Assembly: GCA_017547205.1 (NCBI GenBank)
Contig: JAFYQH010000057.1
Span: 3,794-67,793, forward strand
Direction of reading: 5' to 3'
Source: Bacteroidaceae bacterium
GTDB lineage: Bacteria; Bacteroidota; Bacteroidia; Bacteroidales; Bacteroidaceae
DNA length: 64,000 bases
Below the pieces are notes generated by a model that worked only from the letters and a program-made list of their open reading frames with translations, was not told where the DNA came from and did no database searches. The translations under genes were made by a program, and so were the position numbers. Within the stretch, counting starts at the first letter, position 1. Each line of letters opens with the position of its first letter. This document shows positions 1-9,578 of the stretch, one piece after another.

Positions 1-1666
1 CGAACTTGATTGAACCGCTCAAAAGAGTCATGTCGTTGATGTCGAATTGAGGGTTGTCGAGATTGATAATGCTTGACGGCATGTATTCGTCCTTAATGTC
101 GGCTACACCAAACCCTATCTCGGCTTTCTTCTTTGTGAGGAAAGGTAACGATATCTTCACCTTTGCGAATATCTCCCTCTGGTTGTTCAGTGATATTGAG
201 TTCTCCTTGGAGAAGATATATTTCATATTATAGTAGTTGATTGTGGAGTATGAGCCGATGACTTTTATAGAAACCGGCAGGTCGGTCAAGAAATCGATTC
301 TTCCCGATGCCTGTATGTTGTTATAAACCTTTCCCACCTGTCCGTCCAGTATGAATTCCTTGGAATGGCGGTGCAGGTCGCGGAAATGAAGTCCCATGTA
401 TATCTGGTTCGATATGCTGGTCGATACAGCTGCACCAAGCTTGACCGTAAATGGCGGGTTCATGGTCACATCCAGGTTCAGCGTGTACGCGCTGTCCTGC
501 TCGTTGTATATTGCATGCGGGATTATCGATTCAATGATTTCACCTGACAACAGGCTGTAATATCCTCTCTTGCACTCATTGTAGTCGAAACTTTCCCCAT
601 CTTTGTGGAACTCTCTTATTATATTTTTGCTTTGTTCCTCATTTACTCCGTTTACCACAATCTTGTTGAAACGGTATCGGGGTATGCGCTCCTTGAATGC
701 CTTGCGTCTGTTCTGCAAAGTGTCAGAAATCTCTCTACGGGAAATTCTCTTTCTTATTGAATCAATATTTTCCATGGCATGCCTATAACCGGCCTCTGTA
801 ACTTCATCTATCTTATGGAAGTCGAGCAGGTTCACGTCTTTTACATCTATATCCAGTAGGACTCCTTTCTCTTCGGGTAAAGAGTAGTCGCTCTTGCCCA
901 TAACAAGGCTTACGGCCTGTCCCATGATATCTCTTTCCCCTGGGGGTAACTGCTGGTTGTCGCTCACAACGCTACCTATCATTATGTCGGGGTTGAAATC
1001 GCGTTCCATGACATCACGCGGGAAGTTGTTGTATATTCCTCCGTCGTACATGAGTACGCCGTCAACCTGTATCGGCTTGAAGAAGAACGGGTAACTCATG
1101 GAGGCGCGTACGGCATCACCAAGGTCGCCTTTAGAGAATATGACCTGTTTCTTGTTGTACACGTCGGCCGCCACGCAGCGGAACGGTATCATCAGGTTGT
1201 CGAAATCACCCTTGCATGCAGCATTCGATCCTGCGAATATTTCAAGGAATCCCAGGTTCATAGGTGCAGCTTTCACAAGGTTTATGGACGGCTTTACAAT
1301 ACGCAGGGAGTCCTTGATGTCAAAGTTGAGACGTATGATGTCGGGGACATCATTGTTCCTCTTGAAGTAAAACATATACTTCTGGTCCATTGTTCCAGTA
1401 TACCAGCGCTGGAAATCATCGCTCTTCATCTTCTCTATCATCTCCTCGGGGGTGTATCCCATAGAGTAGAGTGCTGCAACAATGGCACCCATTGATGTTC
1501 CCGTTACATAATCTATTGGTATGTTGTTTTCTTCGAGTGCCTTTATCACACCAATGTGCGCCAAACCGCGTGCCCCTCCGCCGCTCATGACAAGTCCTAC
1601 CTTCTGCGCTTGAAGCAAAGAAGGTAACAATATGATTGTAAGTAGTATTATGGCAAACCTTTTCAT
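1..1666 (-). CDS. Patatin-like phospholipase with a long beta-rich C-terminal region (possible PlpD-like / Omp85-type barrel). The 3' end runs off the window.
   Basis: My own minus-strand translation from the ATG at 1664-1666 gives MKRFAIILLTIILLPSLLQAQKVGLVMSGGGARGLAHIGVIKALEENNIPIDYVTGTSMGAIV... This shows a signal peptide, the GGGxRG oxyanion motif, the GTSMG nucleophile motif and a later DGG. The frame stays open to position 1. It is absent from the ORF track only because it is open at the window edge. Confidence 0.85.
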   Translation of the reverse strand, partial: MKRFAIILLTIILLPSLLQAQKVGLVMSGGGARGLAHIGVIKALEENNIPIDYVTGTSMGAIVAALYSMGYTPEEMIEKMKSDDFQRWYTGTMDQKYMFYFKRNNDVPDIIRLNFDIKDSLRIVKPSINLVKAAPMNLGFLEIFAGSNAACKGDFDNLMIPFRCVAADVYNKKQVIFSKGDLGDAVRASMSYPFFFKPIQVDGVLMYDGGIYNNFPRDVMERDFNPDIMIGSVVSDNQQLPPGERDIMGQAVSLVMGKSDYSLPEEKGVLLDIDVKDVNLLDFHKIDEVTEAGYRHAMENIDSIRKRISRREISDTLQNRRKAFKERIPRYRFNKIVVNGVNEEQSKNIIREFHKDGESFDYNECKRGYYSLLSGEIIESIIPHAIYNEQDSAYTLNLDVTMNPPFTVKLGAAVSTSISNQIYMGLHFRDLHRHSKEFILDGQVGKVYNNIQASGRIDFLTDLPVSIKVIGSYSTINYYNMKYIFSKENSISLNNQREIFAKVKISLPFLTKKKAEIGFGVADIKDEYMPSSIINLDNPQFDINDMTLLSGSIKF

Positions 1667-1850
1667 TGTTTTATGCGTATTTGCAGTTTTAAGGGCAAAA
1701 ATATGAATATTTTACTGTAAATGGCAATCAAAACGATAGTTTAAGTGTTCAAAAGACCATTTTGTTCATTTTGAATACCAGGTATATTGGGAACATAAAC
1801 AGTTGTAGCAGTGTCTGCACTGCTACAACTGTTTATACTTATGATGTGTG

Positions 1851-2486
1851 TTACTCGAATATCAGCTTACCGAACTGCTCCGGGCGATGGAAACTTGGTC
1901 CTTCCCATTCTATCGGGTTCCATGAGAGAAAATGCGGGGTGGGGAGCTCGTCACCGCACTTGTAGAAGTTTGCTGTCATCTCCTTGCCTTCAAAACTTGC
2001 AACCCCGCTGCGGAACAATGCTGTTGCCGGTATAACCTCTATTACGCTCCATGAGTGTTCGCCATGTCGCAGTTCAAAGGGCTCGGTTCCCAGTGACGGG
2101 GTGCGTTCTACGCTGTCAAGAACCTCTTTGCCGGCCGATTCCTTAGGGGCATCGGCCGGATGCCATGCGAGCAGAAGCTTGCCGGTGCAGGTGCATTCGA
2201 AGTTGTAGTAGTCGAGGTTGCCTTCGGGCGAAACGAAGAATTCCACACAAGGGTCGGTCCATGTACGGCCCTGGTCCTCGGTAACTGCAGCCTTTATGTC
2301 GTTCTCGGTAACAAGGAACTTTATGTATAGTTTGATGCCGTCATGGAATATTTTGAATGCAGCCTTGGGGCTGTAGGGGAACTCTGCGGGCCAGTTGCAG
2401 CAGTCGATTTGGTGCTCGGGAAGAGTGTCGAATATCTTTTCCAAGTCATTGGCCGGAATAATCCTGGGTACTTTGATGGTTTTCAT
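1851..2486 (-). CDS. Carbohydrate-binding family 9-like (DOMON-like) domain protein
   Basis: 211-aa ORF. The pattern ...CCNWPAEFPYSPKAAFKIFHDGIKLYIKFLV...DPCVEFFVSP...YYNFECTCTG...ANFYKCGD resembles CBM9-like proteins of Bacteroidota. Recognised by eye only. Confidence 0.55.
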   Translation of the reverse strand: MKTIKVPRIIPANDLEKIFDTLPEHQIDCCNWPAEFPYSPKAAFKIFHDGIKLYIKFLVTENDIKAAVTEDQGRTWTDPCVEFFVSPEGNLDYYNFECTCTGKLLLAWHPADAPKESAGKEVLDSVERTPSLGTEPFELRHGEHSWSVIEVIPATALFRSGVASFEGKEMTANFYKCGDELPTPHFLSWNPIEWEGPSFHRPEQFGKLIFE

Positions 2487-2638
2487 GTTCTGTTAGTTAT
2501 AGTTGAAGTGCGAATATATATTAAAAATGGGATATTTGCAGTAATGATATGTTTTTTTTGCTTTTTTTACCGTCTGTTGTAACAAATTCGCTTTTTGTTC
2601 GTCTTTAGTATGAAAAGGAATTACACAAACAGGATAGA

Positions 2639-3121
2639 GTGACACACACGGAGTTTAAAAAAAGGTTCATGCCATTGCAGAAGATGCTGTATCGCGAGGC
2701 ATACAGGATGCTTTGCGACAGGTTCGAGGCAGAGGATGCCGTGCAGAACCTCTATCTTAAAATGTGGGGACATAAGGAGCAACTTGATAATTTGCTGGCT
2801 CCCGAGGCATATTGCCTCAGATTGCTCAAGAACATATGCATTGACAGGTGGCGGGCGATAAGGTTGCATCAGGAGGATAATGTTCCGGTTGATGACATTA
2901 TTGAGGGTGGCGCCTCGCCCGATATTGAACATTGCGAAGCAAAGGAGTTTCTCGAACATTTCCTTGCCGGTCTTCCCGGGCAGCACCGGCGGGTGATGAT
3001 GATGCAGATGCAAGGGTGCAGCTTTGATGAGATAGCAGATGTTACAGGTCTGTCGGCTGTTAATGTGAGAGTGATAATATCACGCATAAGAAAGAAATTC
3101 AGGGAGTCATATTATAAATAA
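2639..3121 (+). CDS. ECF-type RNA polymerase sigma-70 factor
   Basis: 160 aa. Region 2 is LYREAYRMLCDRFEAEDAVQNLYLKMW...ICIDRWR. Region 4 is LPGQHRRVMMMQMQGCSFDEIADVTGLSAVNVRVIISRIRKKF. Confidence 0.9.
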   Translation: MTHTEFKKRFMPLQKMLYREAYRMLCDRFEAEDAVQNLYLKMWGHKEQLDNLLAPEAYCLRLLKNICIDRWRAIRLHQEDNVPVDDIIEGGASPDIEHCEAKEFLEHFLAGLPGQHRRVMMMQMQGCSFDEIADVTGLSAVNVRVIISRIRKKFRESYYK

Positions 3122-3126
3122 GGTGT

Positions 3127-3723
3127 TTGATTATGGATGAAAAAAGATTGAAGGAGATGATGGAATGCTTTTTCGATGCGGAGCTTACCGCAGAAGAAGA
3201 GCGCGCATTGTATCGTTGGCTTCGTGAGAATGATGTTCCTGCTGAACTCCGCAAGGATAAGGAGGCAATAATCGCACTTTGCAGCGTGGATGCCGATATA
3301 GCTTTGCCGGCCGGTGCAGTACAGCGTCTTGAGACAATGCTAGACGGGCTCGCCGAGGAACAGAAACTCCTTGTGTCCGATGCCGGGTGTATCGCCGGTG
3401 AGGGAATACGCCGTTTCAAGATACCTCGCCCGGTTATAAGGGTCGCAGTTGCAGCAGCGGTGCTTCTTGCCATTTTTATGGCTATTCCCGTATATGACAA
3501 TGCCGGTGGGCAAACCGATGTACCTAACGCTTGTATGGCAGAACTTCCCGAAGAGGACACCTTTGACAATCCCGAGGATGCCATGCGCTGTTTCAAGGTC
3601 GCATGTGGTGATATGCTGCTTGCCATGAATGCAGTACGGAACAATACTTGTGAAATAGGGGATGTGCTTGAAAAAACGATAAATCCCCATGTGAAATTAT
3701 TAAGATTAATGGATAACAATTAA
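3127..3723 (+). CDS. Putative anti-sigma factor (single-pass membrane protein)
   Basis: Starts 5 nt after the sigma gene. The N-terminus is CFFDAELTAEEERALYRWL and there is one TM helix (VIRVAVAAAVLLAIFMAIPV). Assignment rests on position and topology only. Confidence 0.5.
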   Translation: MIMDEKRLKEMMECFFDAELTAEEERALYRWLRENDVPAELRKDKEAIIALCSVDADIALPAGAVQRLETMLDGLAEEQKLLVSDAGCIAGEGIRRFKIPRPVIRVAVAAAVLLAIFMAIPVYDNAGGQTDVPNACMAELPEEDTFDNPEDAMRCFKVACGDMLLAMNAVRNNTCEIGDVLEKTINPHVKLLRLMDNN

Positions 3724-3726
3724 GAT

Positions 3727-4287
3727 ATGAAACGGTATTTTTTTACAGCCATAGTATCGCTTATGCTGTTCGCGGTATCTTTTGCAAATGGAACAGAGAA
3801 TCTTCCGCAGACAAAGAGTAAGAGCGAGATAGAAGTGTACATGCAGAACCTTTCAAAAATTAAATCAAGCGAGATAAATTATGCATACATATCCACTGCC
3901 ATGTTCAAACAGATGTTTGCAATGGTTGGGGCCAATGTGAGTCTGGGTGTAAAGTCGGGTGGTAATGTGAGTCTGGAAACCTTTCCTAATCCATTGGCTT
4001 CGATAAAGAGCATGCGCCGCTTTGCTACAACTGGAAGCAAGGGCTACAAACTGTTGCACGGTGCATTGTATGGGTTTCTGCAGGAGAATGAGAGTGTCAT
4101 GGGAATGGAACTCATGGCTCTGAACCGGGAAGACGGAACTCTCAGGGTAATATACAGCGATTCGGCCAGCCTCCTTGTAATAAATGATGATGGTGATGAA
4201 CTGGCAGTTGTGTTCATTGCTGGATTGTCATACGAAAATTTCATCATCATGAGTGATGGCGGATTTGATTTTGATTTTGGGTTTTAA
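3727..4287 (+). CDS. DUF4252-like secreted protein
   Basis: Has a signal peptide. The pattern YAYISTAMFKQMF...SIKSMRRFATTG...ELMALNREDGTLRVIYSD...LLVINDDGDELAVVFIAG is typical of DUF4252 partners of Bacteroidota ECF sigma factors. Gap to the upstream gene is 3 nt. Confidence 0.65.
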   Translation: MKRYFFTAIVSLMLFAVSFANGTENLPQTKSKSEIEVYMQNLSKIKSSEINYAYISTAMFKQMFAMVGANVSLGVKSGGNVSLETFPNPLASIKSMRRFATTGSKGYKLLHGALYGFLQENESVMGMELMALNREDGTLRVIYSDSASLLVINDDGDELAVVFIAGLSYENFIIMSDGGFDFDFGF

Positions 4288-4299
4288 AAATAATGAGTT

Positions 4300-5880
4300 A
4301 TGAAAAGGACAATATATGTTATAATGGCATTCCTGTTCGCTGCCGGTGTGCAGGCACAGGTTGTCGATCATAAAGGACTTGATGCCTTTATTGATGAACT
4401 GAAAAAACTAAATGGCGAGCATGTCGAGTGCACTTGGGATAGTCATGACAAGTTAGCGACTGAGGATTCGGAGGCGTCCTCCGCTCATCTGGAGTTCCTG
4501 CCCGATATGTTGAATATAAGTGTAGGTGGCATGGATTTCGAGTTGGCCAGTATCTGCAAGTCCGATACTACTTTTCGCTTCGTGGTTGCCAATTCTAATG
4601 ACGATGTCGGGTACATGATGATATGTGCCGTTCTTGACAAGTACGAGGCTGTCGACAACGAAGAATTCTTCGGTATTCCGCTTATGGCCAACAATCGCGA
4701 GGATGGGGAGCAACAGATTGTGTATATGGGTGGGCGTCATACGCTTATCATAAGTGACGACGGTGAGGATATCTCGGTATTATACGGAACATTCAACCTT
4801 ATGGAGTGTTTGCAGAACTTGTTGGGAAGGATGCCGCTTGTGGGTGATGCGGATGTGGAGATGCTGGGCGGAATTAATTTCAGCGTCAGCGTTGACGACA
4901 AGGCGGCGCTGGATAAATCGCCGGGTTATCCGGGTGCCTCTCCAGAGGAAATAATGAGGTTTGCACGGGAAATTGCAGATGATAACGTTGCTTGCCTTGA
5001 AAGCCGTACCCGAAATGCCGGGAGTGACGGGGAGCGCGAAGAACATGCAGCTATGGTCGCAGAATTCAAGTCGGAAAAGGAAGAGAATCTTGAAGAGCTT
5101 AAAAAGAAACTCGATGAACTTGAAGGCCCGGAATTCATTGAGATAATCCCTGGAACTGATGAGTATTATGTGGCAATCCCTAAAGTGTCACCAGAACTTG
5201 AAGCGGCTATGAAGCCCTATGCCAAGAGCGGCATATACGACTGGATAAACAGCACGGGATTCGGCAGTGGTGCGAAAAAGGGAAGCGTGGACCAGGTTTC
5301 ATGCATCGTGACACCGCATGACATAGCAAGGGAGTATGTGATAAGGAATCTGCCGCGTGACAGGTGGTATGACGATGGCTTTACTGCCGAATACAAGGAA
5401 CTTGCAGCGAGGGAGTATCAGGGCGGTACACCGGCGGTGCTATACCGTTTCTCTCATAATGAACAGGGGTACAACGATATGTTGAGTGATCTTGGATGGA
5501 TATTCGGCCTTGAACCCGGGGAAAAGCATTGGAATCTTGAGGTGACGCAACGCAGCGAGAATAACGGCAAGCGTTTTGTGCAGTTGTGGGGCGAAGGCGG
5601 GGTGCTCGTGTGTCTATTCGATTCTCCGGCCGAGAAGTATTGCCATTTCAGTGTCATTGTCGGTGGCGTGAGTGGCTTCGAGAAAGCTGTAAACGAGTAT
5701 TTTTTCGGCGGCGAACGGGATTTTGCAAATAAATGCAACATAATAATCGACAGTAATTTCAGTGACAATACCTATGGCATACATTTTACTGCGGACGATT
5801 ATTTCTACGCAGGAAAGATGTATGGGAACGGAGTTCATGTGGACTTCGGTTATGCAAGAATGTTTACAGGAGTTGAATAA
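4300..5880 (+). CDS. Secreted protein with an N-terminal DUF4252-like module and a ~350-aa extension of unknown family
   Basis: Signal peptide MKRTIYVIMAFLFAAGVQAQ. The segment ...IPLMANNREDGEQQIVYMGGRHTLIISDDGEDISVLYGTF parallels the preceding DUF4252 protein. I do not recognise the rest. Confidence 0.6.
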   Translation: MKRTIYVIMAFLFAAGVQAQVVDHKGLDAFIDELKKLNGEHVECTWDSHDKLATEDSEASSAHLEFLPDMLNISVGGMDFELASICKSDTTFRFVVANSNDDVGYMMICAVLDKYEAVDNEEFFGIPLMANNREDGEQQIVYMGGRHTLIISDDGEDISVLYGTFNLMECLQNLLGRMPLVGDADVEMLGGINFSVSVDDKAALDKSPGYPGASPEEIMRFAREIADDNVACLESRTRNAGSDGEREEHAAMVAEFKSEKEENLEELKKKLDELEGPEFIEIIPGTDEYYVAIPKVSPELEAAMKPYAKSGIYDWINSTGFGSGAKKGSVDQVSCIVTPHDIAREYVIRNLPRDRWYDDGFTAEYKELAAREYQGGTPAVLYRFSHNEQGYNDMLSDLGWIFGLEPGEKHWNLEVTQRSENNGKRFVQLWGEGGVLVCLFDSPAEKYCHFSVIVGGVSGFEKAVNEYFFGGERDFANKCNIIIDSNFSDNTYGIHFTADDYFYAGKMYGNGVHVDFGYARMFTGVE

Positions 5881-5911
5881 AATAAAAGAACAACAATAAA
5901 ATAACATTACA

Positions 5912-6877
5912 ATGAAAAGGAACATTTTACTTACACTCGTGCTTGCAATGGCAGGCGTTTCATTCATGATGGCGCAGACAACTGCGCTGGTTGTATACGA
6001 AGGCGGTTACTTTGTCAAGGACGGCAATGAGTGGACCGAGTACCGGCCGGCCGACAAGGCCGGGAGATGGTCGGCCTACAAGCAATACAAGGAGGACGAT
6101 ACGTTCTATTATCTCAAGAACCGGACCTGCCTGCTTGCCATTCCCAAATTGAGTGCCGACAAGATATTCATCAAACGCGACAAGAAAGGGGAATGGAAGA
6201 TTGTTTACAACACTATAGACGTGCATCACCAGTGTGTCGACAAGGATGGGCTTTTCTATTGCTATCAGGACGGCCGTGGACGGGAGCATAACGGCTATTA
6301 TGTGCGCAGGGACAATGGTGTGTGGCTTGAGTATGCCCCGGGAAAGAAGCGCGGCGTGTGGGCCGAGTTCAAGCAGGTTGGTGAGGATAAGGACTATTTC
6401 ATTGTGGAAAGCACACAGAATATTGTGAAGATTCCCAAGAAACCGTCATTGAACTTTGTGATTACAAAACCCGGTAACAACAGCTGGAGAGGCGGTTACA
6501 CAACCAAGGCCATATATGACCGTTCTGCGGCCTACATGTACAATTTCTGTTTCGAGAACTATGCGGCAGGCAAGAATGACGATTACAGGAAGGGTGCGCG
6601 AATAAGCCTCGACAACAAATGCAACATTCAGGTTGCATTCGATGGCAAGCATTACGATTTTGTATATACAAACATCGAACTTGTTGGCAGCAATGGTAAG
6701 GAGGCTGTTCTTGTCACAATAAACAAGGACAATAGAGTGTGGTTGTACGACGGCAGTGCCAAAATTGAATGCAAGTCGATAGGCAAGGGTATGAAGGGTA
6801 TGCTTTTCCTTGGAGTTCGCGGCAATGAATACAGGAAAATTGCCGAGCAACTGAAAGTGGGCACATTCAGGTTATGA
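5912..6877 (+). CDS. Secreted hypothetical protein with an internal ~50-aa duplication
   Basis: Signal peptide MKRNILLTLVLAMAGVSFMMAQ. Repeat 1 is GGYFVKDGNEWTEYRPADKAGRWSAYKQYKEDDTFYYLKNRTCLLAIPK. Repeat 2 is NGYYVRRDNGVWLEYAPGKKRGVWAEFKQVGEDKDYFIVESTQNIVKIPK. Confidence 0.7.
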   Translation: MKRNILLTLVLAMAGVSFMMAQTTALVVYEGGYFVKDGNEWTEYRPADKAGRWSAYKQYKEDDTFYYLKNRTCLLAIPKLSADKIFIKRDKKGEWKIVYNTIDVHHQCVDKDGLFYCYQDGRGREHNGYYVRRDNGVWLEYAPGKKRGVWAEFKQVGEDKDYFIVESTQNIVKIPKKPSLNFVITKPGNNSWRGGYTTKAIYDRSAAYMYNFCFENYAAGKNDDYRKGARISLDNKCNIQVAFDGKHYDFVYTNIELVGSNGKEAVLVTINKDNRVWLYDGSAKIECKSIGKGMKGMLFLGVRGNEYRKIAEQLKVGTFRL

Positions 6878-6897
6878 CCCGTCATTGCAATGACGGG
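6878..6897 (+). terminator. Hairpin immediately after the 5912-6877 stop
   Basis: cccgtcat-tgca-atgacggg, an 8-bp perfect stem. Confidence 0.45.
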
Positions 6898-6920
6898 GGA
6901 GGTCCCGGAAGTGAAAAATG

Positions 6921-6963
6921 ATTTGAACCCCGAAAGTTGGATAAAAACTTTCGGGGTTCAAAT
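6921..6963 (-). terminator. Hairpin downstream of glsA (convergent gene end)
   Basis: atttgaaccccgaaagt ... actttcggggttcaaat, a 17-bp perfect stem with A/T flanks. It lies 7 nt beyond the glsA stop. Confidence 0.6.
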
Positions 6964-6969
6964 TTACCA

Positions 6970-7959
6970 TCATACAGGTACTGGTTTTCCCTCAACCATT
7001 ACAGCCCTTTCGCCATTGAAAATGTGCAGCCTTAGGTTCTCCATTATATGCCGTATGGCAAGTTGTGCCCTGACAGAGTTGCCTGCGGCATCTATTGGCG
7101 GCGAGAAAGCGGCGATACCGAAGATGCCGGGAAGTACACCTATGATACCGCCGCCCACGCCAGACTTGGCCGGTATGCCACAACTGAACATCCAGTCACC
7201 CGTGCGCTCGTAGAATCCTACCGATGCCATCAGTGATGTGATTCTGCTTGCCATTGTGGCCGGGAATACTCTCTTGCCGGTTATTGGGTTATATCCGCCG
7301 CAGGCTATGGTGGCAGCCATTATTGAGAGCTGTCTGGCAGTGACACCCAATGAACATTGACGCGTGTACAGGTCGAGCGACATGTCGGGCTCGTCATAGA
7401 TACGGTCGTAGCTCTTGAGCAGCCATGCTATTGCGCGGTTGTTGTGGTTACTTACACTCTCCGACCTGTACAGTTCGTCGATGAGATGAACCTCACTGCC
7501 ACACAGTTCTGCGATATTCTGTTGAATAGCCTCCCACTTCCCGCAGCTGTTGCCCACAGGACGCACCATGCTTACGGCGGATATGGCTCCGGCATTTACC
7601 AAAGGGGTAGAAGGATGCTCGTTCTCGAGCAGGATTGCCAGTATAGAGTTGAACGGCATGCCCGTGGCATCGGCGCCAATCATATCGAGCAGCGTCTCCG
7701 ACCCGTAATCCTTGAGTACAAGTGCGGCCGTGGCAACCTTTGAAATCGATTCAATCCCAAATACTTGGTCGCTGTCACCGACGGTTATTGTCTCGCCGTC
7801 GGGCAAGCATACTGCTATCCCGAAAAGGTCGCTGTCGACATTGGCGAGGTAAGGTATATAGTCGGCATTCTTTCCCTCCTTGTTGTTTCTGAAACTGATA
7901 TATGCCTCGTTGACGGCAATCTTCAGTTCCTCTCTCGTAATCCTTCTATCCCTGTTCAT
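6970..7959 (-). CDS. glsA: Glutaminase A
   Basis: 329 aa. Contains ...GKNADYIPYLANVDSDLFGIAVCLPDGETITVGDSDQVFGIESISKV...SGVGGGIIGVLPG..., the serine-dependent glutaminase family signature. Confidence 0.93.
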   Translation of the reverse strand: MNRDRRITREELKIAVNEAYISFRNNKEGKNADYIPYLANVDSDLFGIAVCLPDGETITVGDSDQVFGIESISKVATAALVLKDYGSETLLDMIGADATGMPFNSILAILLENEHPSTPLVNAGAISAVSMVRPVGNSCGKWEAIQQNIAELCGSEVHLIDELYRSESVSNHNNRAIAWLLKSYDRIYDEPDMSLDLYTRQCSLGVTARQLSIMAATIACGGYNPITGKRVFPATMASRITSLMASVGFYERTGDWMFSCGIPAKSGVGGGIIGVLPGIFGIAAFSPPIDAAGNSVRAQLAIRHIMENLRLHIFNGERAVMVEGKPVPV

Positions 7960-7999
7960 GGTTTTATATCTTTCTTGTTGTACTTGTATGGTTTCGCTA

Positions 8000-9424
8000 T
8001 CATCCCTTGCCGGTGTGGGTGTACACGGTGCCTTTGACCTTGATGTTGCTTTCTATGCTCAAGCGCGAAGGCGTAGGGTATTGGAGTTTGTCAAGTTCGG
8101 CAACTACATCCTTTATGTCACCGAGCAGTTGGTCGGCCATGTCGCGGCTGAATCCCTGGCGTACTACAATACGCATGACAATTGTCTCTTCCAAGGTTGC
8201 CGGTAGGGTATAGGCCGGTACCATCCAACCGTTCTGCTTTAGTTTGTCCTGCAAGTCGTAGAGAGTCCATTTGCACTGCTTGGAATACTCCTTCTTCATC
8301 TCCCAAATGAATAGCGGATTGGTTACCTCTGTGCTGTAGTTCTTGAACGGCTTCATCTTTTCAATCTCATCATGCAGATATTTGGTAATTTCCATTGCAT
8401 TGTGCTGTATGGCTTTGTAGCCTTCGAATCCCAGGCGTATGAACTGGTAATACTGTCCAAGTATCTGTGCTGCCGGACGCGAGAAATTCAAGCCTACTTG
8501 TGTAACCTCGGCTCCAAGGTAATTTACACTGAACGACATGCTGTCGGGCAGGAATTTCTTGTCCTTCCAAACGACCCATCCGAGTCCGGGGTATACAAGA
8601 CCGTACTTGTGGCCGCTGGTGCTTATTGACAATACCCATTTCAGTCGGAAATCCCATTCGACCTCAGGCTTGAGGAACGGCATTATGAAGCCGCCCGATG
8701 CCGCGTCTACATGGATGGGTATGTCGTAACCGGTTTTACTGTTGTATTCGTCGAGTGCTTCGTTCAGTGCCTTTACATCGTCGTTGAGACCGGTCCAGGT
8801 GACACCCATGATTGGAACTACGCATATCGTATTCTCGTCACACATTGAAATGGCCTCCTTCGGGCATAATGTCAGCTTTTCGGCAGTCAACGGTACAGTA
8901 CGCATCTCAATCTGCCATAGTTGTGCAAATTTCTCCCAAACGACCTGGTAGGCCGATGAAATTACGAAATTCGGCTTGTCGTATGGTTTACCGGCAGCCA
9001 TACGGCGTTTCTTCCAGCGTTGCCATGCTGCAACGCCGCCAAGCATGCAGGCTTCGCTGGAGCCTATTCCCAATGCTCCGGCTTTCCATTTGGCCTGCTC
9101 GGGAGTGTTCCACAGGTTGGCTATGATATTGATACACTTGGCGCACATTACGGCTACACGCGGGTACTCGGTTTCGTCAATGTAGTTAATGTCAATGGCA
9201 TCGTTCATCAGCTTTGTGGCATAAGGGTCCATGTACGTAGTAACAAACGTTGCGAGGTTCAAGCGCGGCTGCGTCTGGGCTATAGTCTCATCCTTTACCA
9301 TCCTGTATGCGATTTCAGGTGTGGTGGGGTGTTGAGGAATCTTGTCCGATGGGGCGCTTTTTAACATCTCCTCTGAGCCGAATACCGATGTGGTTACGGT
9401 CATTTTACAATCTTCATGGTTCAT
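8000..9424 (-). CDS. gadB: Glutamate decarboxylase (PLP-dependent)
   Basis: Contains ...PRLNLATFVTTYMDPYATKLMNDAIDINYIDETEYPRVA...SISTSGHKYGLVYPGLGWVVW (the PLP-lysine motif SGHK). I place the start at MNHEDCKM (ATG at 9422-9424) rather than at the ORF-track 9484. An alternative start is MTVTT at 9403. Confidence 0.93.
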   Translation of the reverse strand: MNHEDCKMTVTTSVFGSEEMLKSAPSDKIPQHPTTPEIAYRMVKDETIAQTQPRLNLATFVTTYMDPYATKLMNDAIDINYIDETEYPRVAVMCAKCINIIANLWNTPEQAKWKAGALGIGSSEACMLGGVAAWQRWKKRRMAAGKPYDKPNFVISSAYQVVWEKFAQLWQIEMRTVPLTAEKLTLCPKEAISMCDENTICVVPIMGVTWTGLNDDVKALNEALDEYNSKTGYDIPIHVDAASGGFIMPFLKPEVEWDFRLKWVLSISTSGHKYGLVYPGLGWVVWKDKKFLPDSMSFSVNYLGAEVTQVGLNFSRPAAQILGQYYQFIRLGFEGYKAIQHNAMEITKYLHDEIEKMKPFKNYSTEVTNPLFIWEMKKEYSKQCKWTLYDLQDKLKQNGWMVPAYTLPATLEETIVMRIVVRQGFSRDMADQLLGDIKDVVAELDKLQYPTPSRLSIESNIKVKGTVYTHTGKG

Positions 9425-9578
9425 TTCTTTACAATTTAAAAGGTTTATACTTGAATTGTTGGTTGTAGAGGTGAAACATGGCAAGGCGTGAAAGAGTTCA
9501 TGATTTTATCTTTTTTATGAAGTCGGAACTTTCTGCCTTGCTGGTTTGTTATACATGCATGGATTTAAAATTTGTGTT

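Noticed and set aside
3099-3719. A 206-aa minus-strand ORF overlapping the putative anti-sigma gene.
   Set aside because: It is a Ser/Ala-rich shadow ORF. The plus-strand gene fits the operon spacing (gaps of 5 nt and 3 nt) and has the expected single-TM topology.
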